The notes beneath the pieces are model-generated. The model saw only the letters and a program-made list of their open reading frames with translations. It made no database searches and was not told the origin of the DNA. Positions 1 through 11,446 of a stretch of 64,000 nt of DNA are shown here, piece after piece. The position numbers were made by a program, and so were the translations under genes. The stretch comes from Candidatus Shapirobacteria bacterium (GTDB lineage: Bacteria > Patescibacteriota > Microgenomatia > UBA12405), in NCBI GenBank assembly GCA_030698565.1, contig JAUYJS010000008.1, positions 15,098 through 79,097 of the forward strand, in the 5' to 3' direction. The number at the start of each line of letters is the position of its first letter. Position 1 is the first letter of the stretch.

Positions 1-804
1 TAATCTAATCTTAATCTTGTCTTTAACTTTAAACAAAGCTTGCAGTTCACTAACTTTTTCCCAAGATACTTCAGAGATATGAACTAAACCCTCCAAGTTC
101 AAAAAAGTACCTTTTTGGTCATAGCTAACTTTAACAAAAATACCAAATGGCTCAACCCTAACTATTTCTGCATCAAAAATATCATCTATCTTTAAATTTT
201 CAATGGCACTAACTTCTTCGCCGACCCGACCTGGCTCAGACACCAATCTTTCAGAAAAGACCAATCTATTTTTAGCCTGATCAACTTCCAAAACTTTAAC
301 CTTAATTTTTTTACCAATTAATTTATCTGGATCACCATCATATTTAGATCCAATTTGAGATCCGGGAATAAAACCAAAAAAACCAAATGGAGCAATTACT
401 ACAGTACCACCTCGATTTAATTCTTTGGCAAATACAGCCACCTCGCCACCACTCTTTTCCTTTTCAGAAAAATAATTCCAACCATAACCTGAAGCCGCTC
501 CACGAATCGAAACCAAAATTTGTCCTTTATCATTTTCTGGAGATTTTACTTGAACTTCGATTTCATCGCCAACTTTTAAATCAGCCACATAATCTTTGAC
601 AAATTCAAATTCTTTACCAGCCACCATCGCATCGGTTTTACCACCAATGTCAATATAAATAGCTTTATTCTTTATCGCAATAATTTTACCCTTAACATCT
701 TGACCTTTTTTTAAACCCAAAAGGTCAACACTTTCGCTTTTAAGCAGATCTTCCATACTCAAAATCTCTTCTTTCTTCTTTATCTTTTTTTCTTTCTTAG
801 CCAT
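1..804 (-). CDS. rpsA: 30S ribosomal protein S1 / S1 RNA-binding domain protein (runs off the window's left edge)
   Basis: Manual translation from ATG at 804: MAKKEKKIK..., S1-repeat motifs IDIGGKTDAMV, GFIPGSQI, LEGLVHISEVSWEKV. Confidence 0.85.
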   Translation of the reverse strand, partial: MAKKEKKIKKKEEILSMEDLLKSESVDLLGLKKGQDVKGKIIAIKNKAIYIDIGGKTDAMVAGKEFEFVKDYVADLKVGDEIEVQVKSPENDKGQILVSIRGAASGYGWNYFSEKEKSGGEVAVFAKELNRGGTVVIAPFGFFGFIPGSQIGSKYDGDPDKLIGKKIKVKVLEVDQAKNRLVFSERLVSEPGRVGEEVSAIENLKIDDIFDAEIVRVEPFGIFVKVSYDQKGTFLNLEGLVHISEVSWEKVSELQALFKVKDKIKIRL

Positions 805-820
805 ATGCTTTAAAATTTAT

Positions 821-851
821 CCTTCCGAAGCTCTTATTAGAGCGAAGGAGG
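821..851. repeat. Palindromic repeat family A (CCGAAG-stem-loop-CGAAGG)
   Basis: ccttCCGAAGctcttattagagCGAAGGagg; related copies at 4330 and 5546. Confidence 0.55.
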
Positions 852-853
852 AC

Positions 854-876
854 AAAAAACCCCGATTTGATCGGGG
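854..876 (-). terminator. Intrinsic terminator downstream of 5S rRNA
   Basis: Minus strand CCCCGAtcaaaTCGGGG followed by T6. Confidence 0.7.
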
Positions 877-954
877 GTATAGAGGGATTGGGTACCCCAA
901 ACAAATTAATAAGTAAGTTAAATTTCAATTTATTGAATCATTTTTAGTTTCTCG

Positions 955-1074
955 GTTCTGGCCACGACCTATCTTCAAGATCCCTTGCGGAAAGACTATT
1001 GTCAGTGCTAAAACGTTTCACTTCTCTGTTCGGAATGGGAAGAGGTGGTTCCATCTCGCTCCAGTGACCAGAAC
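955..1074 (-). rRNA. rrf: 5S rRNA
   Basis: Minus strand has GAACCACCTCTTCCCATTCCGAACAGAGAAGTGAAAC and a terminal helix GTTCTGGTCAC...GTGGCCAGAAC. Confidence 0.9.
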
Positions 1075-1184
1075 TGAAAAACTAAAACAAAGTAATTATA
1101 AACTAATTTCTTGGCCTCTAAATAGAGTTGCCTAATCTGGCTCCTAAACCACAATAGAATTGTAGTCTAAGAGCCATACTATAT

Positions 1185-4172
<2,988 letters not shown>

Positions 4173-4250
4173 TTTAAATATAGTTTTGGCAACTCAATTC
4201 AGTTGCCAAGAAATTGAAAGTCTTATAATTACTTTTTTCGATTCAATAAA

Positions 4251-4263
4251 TTGTTAATGTGCA
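4251..4263 (-). promoter_or_regulatory. boxA-like antitermination site upstream of 23S
   Basis: TGCACATTAACAA on the minus strand versus consensus TGCTCTTTAACAA, at the usual position before the 23S processing stem. Confidence 0.5.
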
Positions 4264-4329
4264 GTATTCAGTTTAAGGAAATAAATTTCTTTATTTCCTT
4301 ATTTCTAAATATCTCTTAAATGGATTTAT

Positions 4330-4362
4330 CCACCGAAGTTCTGCTTTGCAGAACGTAGGTGG
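4330..4362. repeat. Palindromic repeat family A, overlapping the tRNA-Ala 3' end
   Basis: ccaCCGAAGttctgctttgcagaaCGTAGGtgg; core nearly identical to the copy at 5546. Confidence 0.65.
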
Positions 4363-4433
4363 ACCCAAGGAGAGTCGAACTCCTGATCTCCTCGTTGCAA
4401 ACGAGGCGCTTTAACCAACTGAGCTATGGGCCC
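4360..4433 (-). tRNA. tRNA-Ala(TGC), CCA not encoded
   Basis: GGGCCCATAGCTCAGTTGG...CCTCG-TTTGCAA-CGAGG...GTTCGACT...GGGTCCA. Confidence 0.96.
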
Positions 4434-4471
4434 AGAGACCATCTTCTACTTTATTAAAAGTGCCAAAAAAC

Positions 4472-4495
4472 AAAAAAACCTGCCAGTCCGGCAGG
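4472..4495 (-). terminator. Terminator-like hairpin between the promoter and tRNA-Ala
   Basis: Minus strand CCTGCC-ggact-GGCAGG-T7. Confidence 0.55.
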
Positions 4496-4621
4496 CTGGC
4501 CGAAAGCTCTTGCTTTCGGCTACTTCAAATCCTTTTAAAACAATTTAATCGGCCCAGTCTAAACCTAAATAAGTTGTTTTTTTGTTATATTTAATAGCTT
4601 TCAGCATTCGCAAGTGTTCAT

Positions 4622-4650
4622 ATTCTACAAGATACCCGAGCCTACGTCAA
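4622..4650 (-). promoter_or_regulatory. sigma70 promoter facing tRNA-Ala-23S-5S
   Basis: TTGACG-17 nt-TAGAAT on the minus strand. Confidence 0.75.
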
Positions 4651-4660
4651 TTAGATAAAA

Positions 4661-5302
4661 TCACCAGTTTTTACCCATTTTTGCTTTAGCAAATTCTAGT
4701 CCAATTGGAATTATTGAAATTGCAATAATAACAACTACTACATAATGAAAATTAGCCTTAACAATAGGAAAATTTCCAAAATAAAATCCTCCAAATACAA
4801 ACAGAGCTACCCACACTAAACCACCAATAAAATTAAACCAAATAAATCTCCAATAATTCATTTTACCAACTCCCGCTACAAATGGAGCAAAAGTCCTCAC
4901 TATTGGTACAAACCTAGCCAAAATAATTGCCTTACCCCCATGTTTTTCGTAAAAATTAGTTGCTTTATCCAAATATTCTTTTTTCAAGAATCTGCTATTC
5001 ATGCTAAAAGCCCGAGGACCAATAAAATGACCAATCCAATAATTTATTGTATCACCCAAAAAAGCCGCCAAAAACAACAATAAAAATAAAATATAAACAT
5101 TAAAAGAACCAATTGCCGCCAAAGCCCCAGCCGCGAACAAAAGTGAATCACCTGGTAAAAATGGGGTAATTACAAAACCGGTTTCCATAAAAACCACCCC
5201 AAACAAAATTGCATAACTAAGCATTCCGTAATTTTGAATTACCAAAACCAAATTTTTATCTATATGCAAAAACAAATCAACCAAGTATTTTAAAATTGTC
5301 AT
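4661..5302 (-). CDS. dedA: DedA family membrane protein
   Basis: FMETGFVITPFLPGDSLLFAAG, LGDTINYWIG and ARFVPIVRTFAPFVAG motifs. Confidence 0.95.
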   Translation of the reverse strand: MTILKYLVDLFLHIDKNLVLVIQNYGMLSYAILFGVVFMETGFVITPFLPGDSLLFAAGALAAIGSFNVYILFLLLFLAAFLGDTINYWIGHFIGPRAFSMNSRFLKKEYLDKATNFYEKHGGKAIILARFVPIVRTFAPFVAGVGKMNYWRFIWFNFIGGLVWVALFVFGGFYFGNFPIVKANFHYVVVVIIAISIIPIGLEFAKAKMGKNW

Positions 5303-5310
5303 AAAGCATT

Positions 5311-5439
5311 TTAGTCCCTCTGGCTAATCTTTTCCAGACCAAATTTTACTGTCCGCCAAATATTGTTAGCGCTTCCAAACAAAATCAACACCACTGCTCC
5401 CATTAATCCTACAATTCTAAAGTAGTTCCATTTTTTCAT
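5311..5439 (-). CDS. Small putative membrane protein (42 aa)
   Basis: Manual translation MKKWNYFRIVGLMGAVVLILFGSANNIWRTVKFGLEKISQRD*; fills the gap between tRNA-Ile and dedA; one hydrophobic helix. Confidence 0.5.
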   Translation of the reverse strand: MKKWNYFRIVGLMGAVVLILFGSANNIWRTVKFGLEKISQRD

Positions 5440-5441
5440 AG

Positions 5442-5515
5442 TGGGCAATAGTAGACTCGAACTACTGACCCCCGTCTTATCAGGACGGTGCTCTAACCAA
5501 CTGAGCTAATTGCCC
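5442..5515 (-). tRNA. tRNA-Ile(GAT), CCA not encoded
   Basis: GGGCAATTAGCTCAGTTGGTTAGAGCA-CCGTC-CTGATAA-GACGG...GTTCGAGT...TTGCCCA. Confidence 0.96.
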
Positions 5516-5532
5516 TAAATTATTTTTAAAGT

Positions 5533-5633
5533 GTGCTCTAATTTACCATGCCGAAGTTCTGCTTTACAGAACGAAGGCTGGCCAACTGACCTGCCCGCCA
5601 GACTGCGAAGCTGTCGGTGGGGCTAATTGCCCT
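5533..5633 (-). repeat. Duplicated tRNA-Ile 5' fragment interrupted by two palindromic insertions
   Basis: gtgctctaa (5533-5541) + ccaactga (5582-5589) + gctaattgccct (5622-5633) together equal 5488-5516. Confidence 0.75.
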
Positions 5634-5644
5634 TAATTTCAAAA

Positions 5645-6595
5645 TTAGTATATCACAGCTTTTTCCACTAAAATCTCCACAACTGCTTTAGCTGTATTTA
5701 TTTTAGTTGCTTTTTCAAAACCCTGAAATTGGCACTGTCTGTTTACTTCTAAAACATAGCTATTATCAAACTCATCTTTCATTATATCCACCCCACAATA
5801 ATCCAACCCACACACCTGTGCCACTTTTTCCGCCAATTCGCTATCTTCTTTGGAAATTTCCCAGCTTTCTACCTCTCCGCCCAAAGAAAAATTACTCCTA
5901 AATTCATCGCCAACTGCCGATCGTTTCATCGCTCCCAATGTTTTTCCACCCAGAACAATAACTCTCATATCCCATCTGGTCGACAAGCATTTCTGCCACA
6001 GATACATTCCCAAGCTCTTTTCATCAATTTTCTTAAGCACCGTTTTTAATTCTTTTTCGTTATTAATTTTTCGAACACTTTTTCCCTGAAACCCTCTTTC
6101 ATGTTTACAAATAATTGGATATTCCCAACCAAAAAAAGTATTTCTCCCATTTTCAAGGGGAGATGTCCGTAGGACAGAGGGGTTTAGAACTTGTTCTCTT
6201 GTATAAAAGATTTTGGTCGGTACCACCGAAATATCATTCACCACAAATACCCCATGTTGAGAAATTTTTCCCATTCTCGGCCAACTCAAATAACTCACTT
6301 CATTAGCACAAAAAATTTTATCTTTCAAAAGTTTTAGCAGTAAATTTCTACCTTCAATATATTTACCCGATTCAGTTCCAGCCACTCGGCACCACACCGC
6401 CAAAGTATTTTCTTCATTAATTTCTTTACCACATGCCAAAACTTTAGTTTTTCCATTTTCCACTTCAAAACTTAATTCTTTATACAACACTCGACTAACC
6501 TCCACTCCCAATTTTCCTGCCTCTTCTACTAATCTATTTACCTCATAGCTACTTTGCTGTGCTGACATGGTCAACACTAAAATTTTTTTATTCAT
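5645..6595 (-). CDS. RimK-like ATP-grasp ligase
   Basis: GFQGKSV, DMRVIVLGG, DEFRSNFSLGG, CGVDIM, YVLEVN motifs. Confidence 0.9.
   Translation of the reverse strand: MNKKILVLTMSAQQSSYEVNRLVEEAGKLGVEVSRVLYKELSFEVENGKTKVLACGKEINEENTLAVWCRVAGTESGKYIEGRNLLLKLLKDKIFCANEVSYLSWPRMGKISQHGVFVVNDISVVPTKIFYTREQVLNPSVLRTSPLENGRNTFFGWEYPIICKHERGFQGKSVRKINNEKELKTVLKKIDEKSLGMYLWQKCLSTRWDMRVIVLGGKTLGAMKRSAVGDEFRSNFSLGGEVESWEISKEDSELAEKVAQVCGLDYCGVDIMKDEFDNSYVLEVNRQCQFQGFEKATKINTAKAVVEILVEKAVIY
6141..6185. repeat. Palindromic element family B inserted in-frame in CDS
   Basis: tttCTCCCattttcaaGGGGAGatGTCcgtagGACagaggggttt, encodes NPSVLRTSPLENGR. Confidence 0.8.
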
Positions 6596-6605
6596 ATGTT
6601 TATAT

Positions 6606-6633
6606 GTACGGGCGATTCATGAATCGCCCCTAC
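6606..6633 (-). repeat. GTAG-type REP element
   Basis: GTAGGGGCGATTCATGAATCGCCCGTAC on the minus strand. Confidence 0.8.
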
Positions 6634-6636
6634 GAA

Positions 6637-7650
6637 TTATTTTTTCAATCCAACTAAAAATTTAACTATTTCCGCAGGTACATCAATTCCCGTTGCCTTC
6701 ATAAAACCTTTAAACTGAGGTCCTTTATTAACTTCCCAAATTACAGGTTTATTTATATCATAATTTCTAAAAGCCACATCGACTCCGGCCACCCACAACC
6801 CACACACCTCCGCCGCTTTAACCGCTAAATCTTCAATTTCTTTGGGTAATTTAGCTACTTCCACCCTTCCTCCCGCACTATAATTATTTAAAAAATGATT
6901 CTTAGGAGCCGAACGTTTAATCACCCCAAGTACCTTTTTTCCCAAAACCAACACCCGGTAGTCCCCATCATTTTCAATATATTCTTGCAACATATATCTT
7001 CGGCCTTCTTCTGTTTCTGACTTTCTCAAATCCATCACCAATTTTTCTAATTCAGCCAAATTATTAGCCTTAAAAACCCTCGTTCCCCTATCCCCACCAC
7101 TACCCTTGAGAATTACTGGAAAAGTAAAAAAATATTTCTCCCCTTTATCAAGGGGAGATGTCGCAGCAGCGACAGAGGGGTTTTTCTGTTCTGTCTCTTT
7201 CATAAATTCATACAAATACCACAAACTACCATAAACAGTTTTAGGCACATCAATTCCCGCTCGCTTCATCACCAACATTTGGTAAGCCTTACACGTATCC
7301 GAAGGCCTACCTTTCAAAACCAACGGATCCACCACAACTGGCGTTTTATATTTCTCCCCTTTATCAAGGGGAGATGTCGCAGCAGCGACAGAGGGGTTTT
7401 TCACCGAATCTAAAATCAAATTTACTTCTTCCCAGTGTTTTCCTGTTGTTCTAAAAAACAAAACATCATAATCTTTAATATTTTTTTTTCTTCTTAATTT
7501 TACTTCCCCAAAATCAGTATCAAAACAAACTTCATTATAAGACACCAAATCCAAAACCACCCCCAGTTTCTTCGCCGCTCTTTTTATCATCATCAAATGC
7601 TGACTAACTTTTCCTCCAAAAAATAGGGCAATTCTTGTTTTTTTATTCAT
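6637..7650 (-). CDS. RimK-like ATP-grasp ligase with two in-frame palindrome insertions
   Basis: PVILKGSGGDRG, LQEYI, DYRVLVLG, NNYSAGG, AGVDV, IWEVNKGPQF motifs. Confidence 0.9.
   Translation of the reverse strand: MNKKTRIALFFGGKVSQHLMMIKRAAKKLGVVLDLVSYNEVCFDTDFGEVKLRRKKNIKDYDVLFFRTTGKHWEEVNLILDSVKNPSVAAATSPLDKGEKYKTPVVVDPLVLKGRPSDTCKAYQMLVMKRAGIDVPKTVYGSLWYLYEFMKETEQKNPSVAAATSPLDKGEKYFFTFPVILKGSGGDRGTRVFKANNLAELEKLVMDLRKSETEEGRRYMLQEYIENDGDYRVLVLGKKVLGVIKRSAPKNHFLNNYSAGGRVEVAKLPKEIEDLAVKAAEVCGLWVAGVDVAFRNYDINKPVIWEVNKGPQFKGFMKATGIDVPAEIVKFLVGLKK
7132..7186. repeat. Palindromic element family B, in-frame copy
   Basis: 55 nt identical to 7348-7402; encodes KNPSVAAATSPLDKGEKY. Confidence 0.9.
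7348..7402. repeat. Palindromic element family B, in-frame copy
   Basis: atatttctcccctttatcaaggggagatgtcgcagcagcgacagaggggtttttc, identical to 7132-7186. Confidence 0.9.
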
Positions 7651-7666
7651 ATTTTTATTTATAATT

Positions 7667-7714
7667 ATTTCTCCCCTTTTTAAGGGGAGATACGGCGAAT
7701 GCCGAGAGGGGTTT
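7667..7714. repeat. Palindromic element family B, intergenic copy
   Basis: atttCTCCCCtttttaaGGGGAGataCGGCgaatGCCGagaggggttt, abutting the stop codon of the upstream gene. Confidence 0.8.
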
Positions 7715-9038
7715 AGCTTTTTGCCGAAATTAAAAACCCTCCCAAATCTTTTCTACCCAATAAAAATTTGGTTCTCAATTTATGTCGATCAGCCACATTG
7801 ACTGCGGTCACAATTTTCCGACCGTTTAACCAAAAAGTCAAACCCACCACTGGCCGATCATTATTTTTACCTAAAGCTGATTTATAATGCCGATAATACA
7901 ATATTTTATTTTCATCCAAAAGACCTAGTTCTTGAGCTAAAACTCTATCTATTGAACTCCTATAAGCTCCGGTATCGATCTTAGCCGTCACCTCTTTGAA
8001 ATTTTTCTTGCCTTTTCCAGTTTTAATTTTAATATTTTCCAAAGGACCTACTAACTTAACCTTTTCTTTTTCCTCAACTTTATCAGAGAAACTTTCACCA
8101 AATAAATATTTAGCCAAAGTAATGGCGTGTTCTGTACTTCTAACTTCTATTTCTTCCAGTTTATCCATCCTCGCTTTTAACCCCGCCTTATTGCATATTT
8201 GAATCGATAAACCCGGCCTAGCATTAACTTCCAAAACCATTGGCCCTTTTTCTTTATCCAACACCACATCCACACCCAAAAACCCCAAACCCGGAATAGC
8301 CTTTTGACAATTTACTGCTGTTTCCAAAATCTCTTTCCAAAAAGGAATTTTTATACCATTAACTTTTCTCATTTTCTTTTTGCCATAATCATAAATTCGT
8401 CTTATCGGTTCTCCCTTACCTTCAATTCCAAAAGTGGTAATTCCCGAAGCCAGATCAATCCCCAAACCCACCGCCCCCTGTTGTAAATTCGCCTTACCAC
8501 CACTTTTTTCTGTTGGAATTCTAAACATGGCCATTACCGGCACTTTGTTGTAGACAATTACCCGAATATCCGGCGTCCCGACCTTAGTAATCGCCAAAAA
8601 CATCGGATGAATTCTAATTCTCTCTTCCACCAAAACCGGATCCGATGCTCCGTGCATACTATAACGACCTGCCAAAACATCTTGACAATGAAGTTTAATA
8701 TCTTGAGTAGTTATAATCTGGCCATTCATTTTCTGCCATTCACCAGCCCATTTGGCTCTGCGTCGAATAATTATAATTCCCTCACCACCGTATCCTGATT
8801 CCGGTTTGATCACAAAATTTCCTTCCAAATCTTCCCAGCGAAAGTTATCTAATTCTTCAATCGTCTTAAATCTTTTGATTAGCAAAGGCACACCAATATT
8901 TGCTTTGGCCAATATCTTCTTAGTTCTATATTTACTATCCGCTACCATCCGATCAGCCGTTGTATTTTTTCTCAAATAAACCTTATTCCTTTCGTTTTTA
9001 GTTAAAAACTGACGATAAGGTTTCAAAAAGGCAAACAT
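7713..9038 (-). CDS. ATP-grasp ligase (alpha-L-glutamate-ligase-like / ATPgrasp_ST type) fused to a C-terminal retropepsin-like aspartic protease
   Basis: FVIKPESGYGGEGI, PDIRVIV, GKANLQQG, FLGVDVVLD, LEVNARPGLSIQ; C-terminal AKIDTGAYRSSID...LLGR. Confidence 0.88.
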   Translation of the reverse strand: MFAFLKPYRQFLTKNERNKVYLRKNTTADRMVADSKYRTKKILAKANIGVPLLIKRFKTIEELDNFRWEDLEGNFVIKPESGYGGEGIIIIRRRAKWAGEWQKMNGQIITTQDIKLHCQDVLAGRYSMHGASDPVLVEERIRIHPMFLAITKVGTPDIRVIVYNKVPVMAMFRIPTEKSGGKANLQQGAVGLGIDLASGITTFGIEGKGEPIRRIYDYGKKKMRKVNGIKIPFWKEILETAVNCQKAIPGLGFLGVDVVLDKEKGPMVLEVNARPGLSIQICNKAGLKARMDKLEEIEVRSTEHAITLAKYLFGESFSDKVEEKEKVKLVGPLENIKIKTGKGKKNFKEVTAKIDTGAYRSSIDRVLAQELGLLDENKILYYRHYKSALGKNNDRPVVGLTFWLNGRKIVTAVNVADRHKLRTKFLLGRKDLGGFLISAKS

Positions 9039-9040
9039 AT

Positions 9041-9925
9041 CTACTTCTTTTTGTTCGAATCTCTAATCGCACTTTTAAACCTATTAAACTCAGCCAATCT
9101 TATCCCAGTATAATTCCCCACCACTAAATTGATAATTAATACCATTAATACCATTAATTCAGGATTGTATAAAATAATATTTTGAATCCAATTAAAGTTC
9201 ATAGTAATTGACCCAAAAATAGCCAATATTAACGTTCCCACAGTTAAGCTTCTGGCTTCCTTTCGACTTTTTACCAATTGAGTCCGCACAAATTCTTCCG
9301 CCAAAAGCACCATAAACAGAATTGGGAAAATAGAAATCTGACTCAAATCGACAAGTTTAAAAAACGAAGTAATCAGCATTAATCCAAATGTCCCCAAAGA
9401 AATAAACAAAAGATTGATTGATCTGGCTGGCCAAAAATGAATTCTTAATCGTCTTAAAATTAGATTAGACAATAACGATACTATTAATATCATGGCGAAC
9501 AAAAGCAATCCACCAAAAATACCCGTCGCCAAAAAGGTAATCGCAATCATCGTCGGCATAAAAGTCCCATAACCAGTCAAACCAAAAATATAGTGCAACA
9601 CCGACACTAAAGTAGCAATCAACGGCAACATCAATAGTAGAACTATAGTGTTTGTCGCCACTCCCCGAGTCATTGCCCACTTAATTAATATTCTAATAGT
9701 ATTAAATCCATTCCATTTACCTACATCATAACGCACCTGTTTAATTTCTGGTTCGGTAATATTGGCTGAAACTTCAGCCACCACAGTCGGCACTATTGTA
9801 GGCGACACACTAGTTACTGTTGGAGTAACAGATGTTTTTCCGGTAACTGCCAATATTTGGCTTCCACAAAACAAACTCAATAGTATTAATACTGAAATTA
9901 GGAAAATGGGGGTAATTTTTCTCAT
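9041..9925 (-). CDS. 7TM-domain membrane protein (type associated with inactive transglutaminase / ATP-grasp operons)
   Basis: Signal peptide, Thr/Pro/Val linker, about 7 TM helices with GLTGYGTFMP, FPILFMVLLAE and YTGIRLAEFNRF motifs. Confidence 0.8.
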   Translation of the reverse strand: MRKITPIFLISVLILLSLFCGSQILAVTGKTSVTPTVTSVSPTIVPTVVAEVSANITEPEIKQVRYDVGKWNGFNTIRILIKWAMTRGVATNTIVLLLMLPLIATLVSVLHYIFGLTGYGTFMPTMIAITFLATGIFGGLLLFAMILIVSLLSNLILRRLRIHFWPARSINLLFISLGTFGLMLITSFFKLVDLSQISIFPILFMVLLAEEFVRTQLVKSRKEARSLTVGTLILAIFGSITMNFNWIQNIILYNPELMVLMVLIINLVVGNYTGIRLAEFNRFKSAIRDSNKKK

Positions 9926-10028
9926 ATGTTCGGTAGTTTATATTTTTTTAAAGTGTAAACGTTGCGTATTATATCACCAATTAGCTATCCACCTATTATC
10001 ACCTATTTAGTGTATAATTTCCATATCT

Positions 10029-10358
10029 ATGACACAGTTACTCGCCGTAAACATAGGGGAGATCCCTCTGAGAACCGGTCAAAGTCTCGCAACTACTTAT
10101 CCAACAGTGTCTATTCTTTTCTCAATTATTATCAAAAATGCCCTTACTATAGTTGGTCTTATTTTTCTTGGCCTTTTGATTTACGGCGGTCTTTCTTATA
10201 TAATCGGTGCAGGTAGTGATGATGCCAAAAAAGCCGAACAAGCTAAGGGAATTATAACTAACGCTTTAATCGGATTTGCGATAGTCTTTCTAAGCTACTT
10301 TATAATCCAAATAATACAAATTATTACCGGAATTGACATCCTTAATCCAACTCTTTAA
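10029..10358 (+). CDS. VirB2/TrbC-like pilin 1
   Basis: Two TM helices joined by YGGLSYIIGAGSDDAKKAEQAK..ITNALIG. Confidence 0.8.
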   Translation: MTQLLAVNIGEIPLRTGQSLATTYPTVSILFSIIIKNALTIVGLIFLGLLIYGGLSYIIGAGSDDAKKAEQAKGIITNALIGFAIVFLSYFIIQIIQIITGIDILNPTL

Positions 10359-10701
10359 ACCAAAATTAATATTAGCCGCTGACCCATTATTTGGTTCAGT
10401 TTCTAATCCAACCAAATACAATAGTAAGAACGGAGAAGGTCTCTTTCTTTTTTTAAGTAATATTTTCAAATTAATAGCCGTTATTGGCGGTATTTTTTTA
10501 ATTTTCCAAATAATTATGGCTGGTTTTGCCTATATTTCAGCCAGTGGTGATCCCAAAAAAACCGAAGCCGCTTGGACCAAAATTTGGCAAAGCATCCTCG
10601 GCTTACTCATTATTGCTTCAGCCTTTATTATTGCCGGTGTTGTTGAACGACTAACTGGCATCAATATTATTAATCCTGTCATTTATGGTCCAACTAATTA
10701 A
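10333..10701 (+). CDS. VirB2/TrbC-like pilin 2 (start uncertain)
   Basis: AGFAYISASGDPKKTEAAW..IWQSILG. Confidence 0.8.
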   Translation: MTSLIQLFKPKLILAADPLFGSVSNPTKYNSKNGEGLFLFLSNIFKLIAVIGGIFLIFQIIMAGFAYISASGDPKKTEAAWTKIWQSILGLLIIASAFIIAGVVERLTGINIINPVIYGPTN

Positions 10702-11050
10702 ACCGATTTTAGCTATAGGTAGTACTTCTTTTTCCTTAACCGGTCCAGGTATTGATCCTGGCACCGACCCCACTACAAAACTTGAAACTGTTATAAGCAA
10801 CACCATTGCTGTTTTAACCATTGTCGCTGTTATATTTTTCGTTTTACAAATTATTTTTGCCGGTTACGCTTTTATTTCTTCCCGTGGTGATGAAAAAAAA
10901 TTGGAAATTGCCAAGGACAGATTAACCAACAATGTCTTAGGCTTATTTATAGTTGTAGTTGCCGTTGGCTTAGGCGCCTTAATTGCCAAATTAGTCGGTA
11001 TACCCAATATTCTCGATCTAAATCAAACATTTACCAAAATGGGATTATAA
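10685..11050 (+). CDS. VirB2/TrbC-like pilin 3
   Basis: AGYAFISSRGDEKKLEIAK..LTNNVLG. Confidence 0.8.
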   Translation: MVQLIKPILAIGSTSFSLTGPGIDPGTDPTTKLETVISNTIAVLTIVAVIFFVLQIIFAGYAFISSRGDEKKLEIAKDRLTNNVLGLFIVVVAVGLGALIAKLVGIPNILDLNQTFTKMGL

Positions 11051-11056
11051 AAAAAT

Positions 11057-11383
11057 ATGATTACCAATCCTCTTCTAAAAAACAACGACACTATAGTCAC
11101 CAACCCAAATGCCTATGTTAGCAACGTTATTGGTGCCGTTATTTCTATCTTTTTTATCGTGGGCATCATTTACTTCACCTGGAATGTCGTTTTTGCTGGT
11201 TACCATATGATCAACTCCCAAGGAGAGAGCAAAAAAGTCGAAGAAGCCAGAAGTCACTTAACCAATGCTGTTATTGGTATTTTTGTCGTCTTTTCTATTT
11301 TTGCTCTTCTCAAATTAGTTATTACCATTTTAGGCTTAAATATCGATACTAATAATCTCTTAATTTCACTACCATCCCTTTAA
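11057..11383 (+). CDS. VirB2/TrbC-like pilin 4
   Basis: AGYHMINSQGESKKVEEAR..LTNAVIG. Confidence 0.8.
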   Translation: MITNPLLKNNDTIVTNPNAYVSNVIGAVISIFFIVGIIYFTWNVVFAGYHMINSQGESKKVEEARSHLTNAVIGIFVVFSIFALLKLVITILGLNIDTNNLLISLPSL

Positions 11384-11446
11384 TATTTAAATAAATCCTG
11401 ATACAATAAATTATTATTTACAAATTAATATAAAAACCCAACAAAA

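Noticed and set aside
387-599. 70 aa plus-strand ORF
   Set aside because: Antisense to rpsA
6141-7714. Repeats as a CRISPR array
   Set aside because: Spacing is irregular, copies lie inside CDSs, and no cas genes are present
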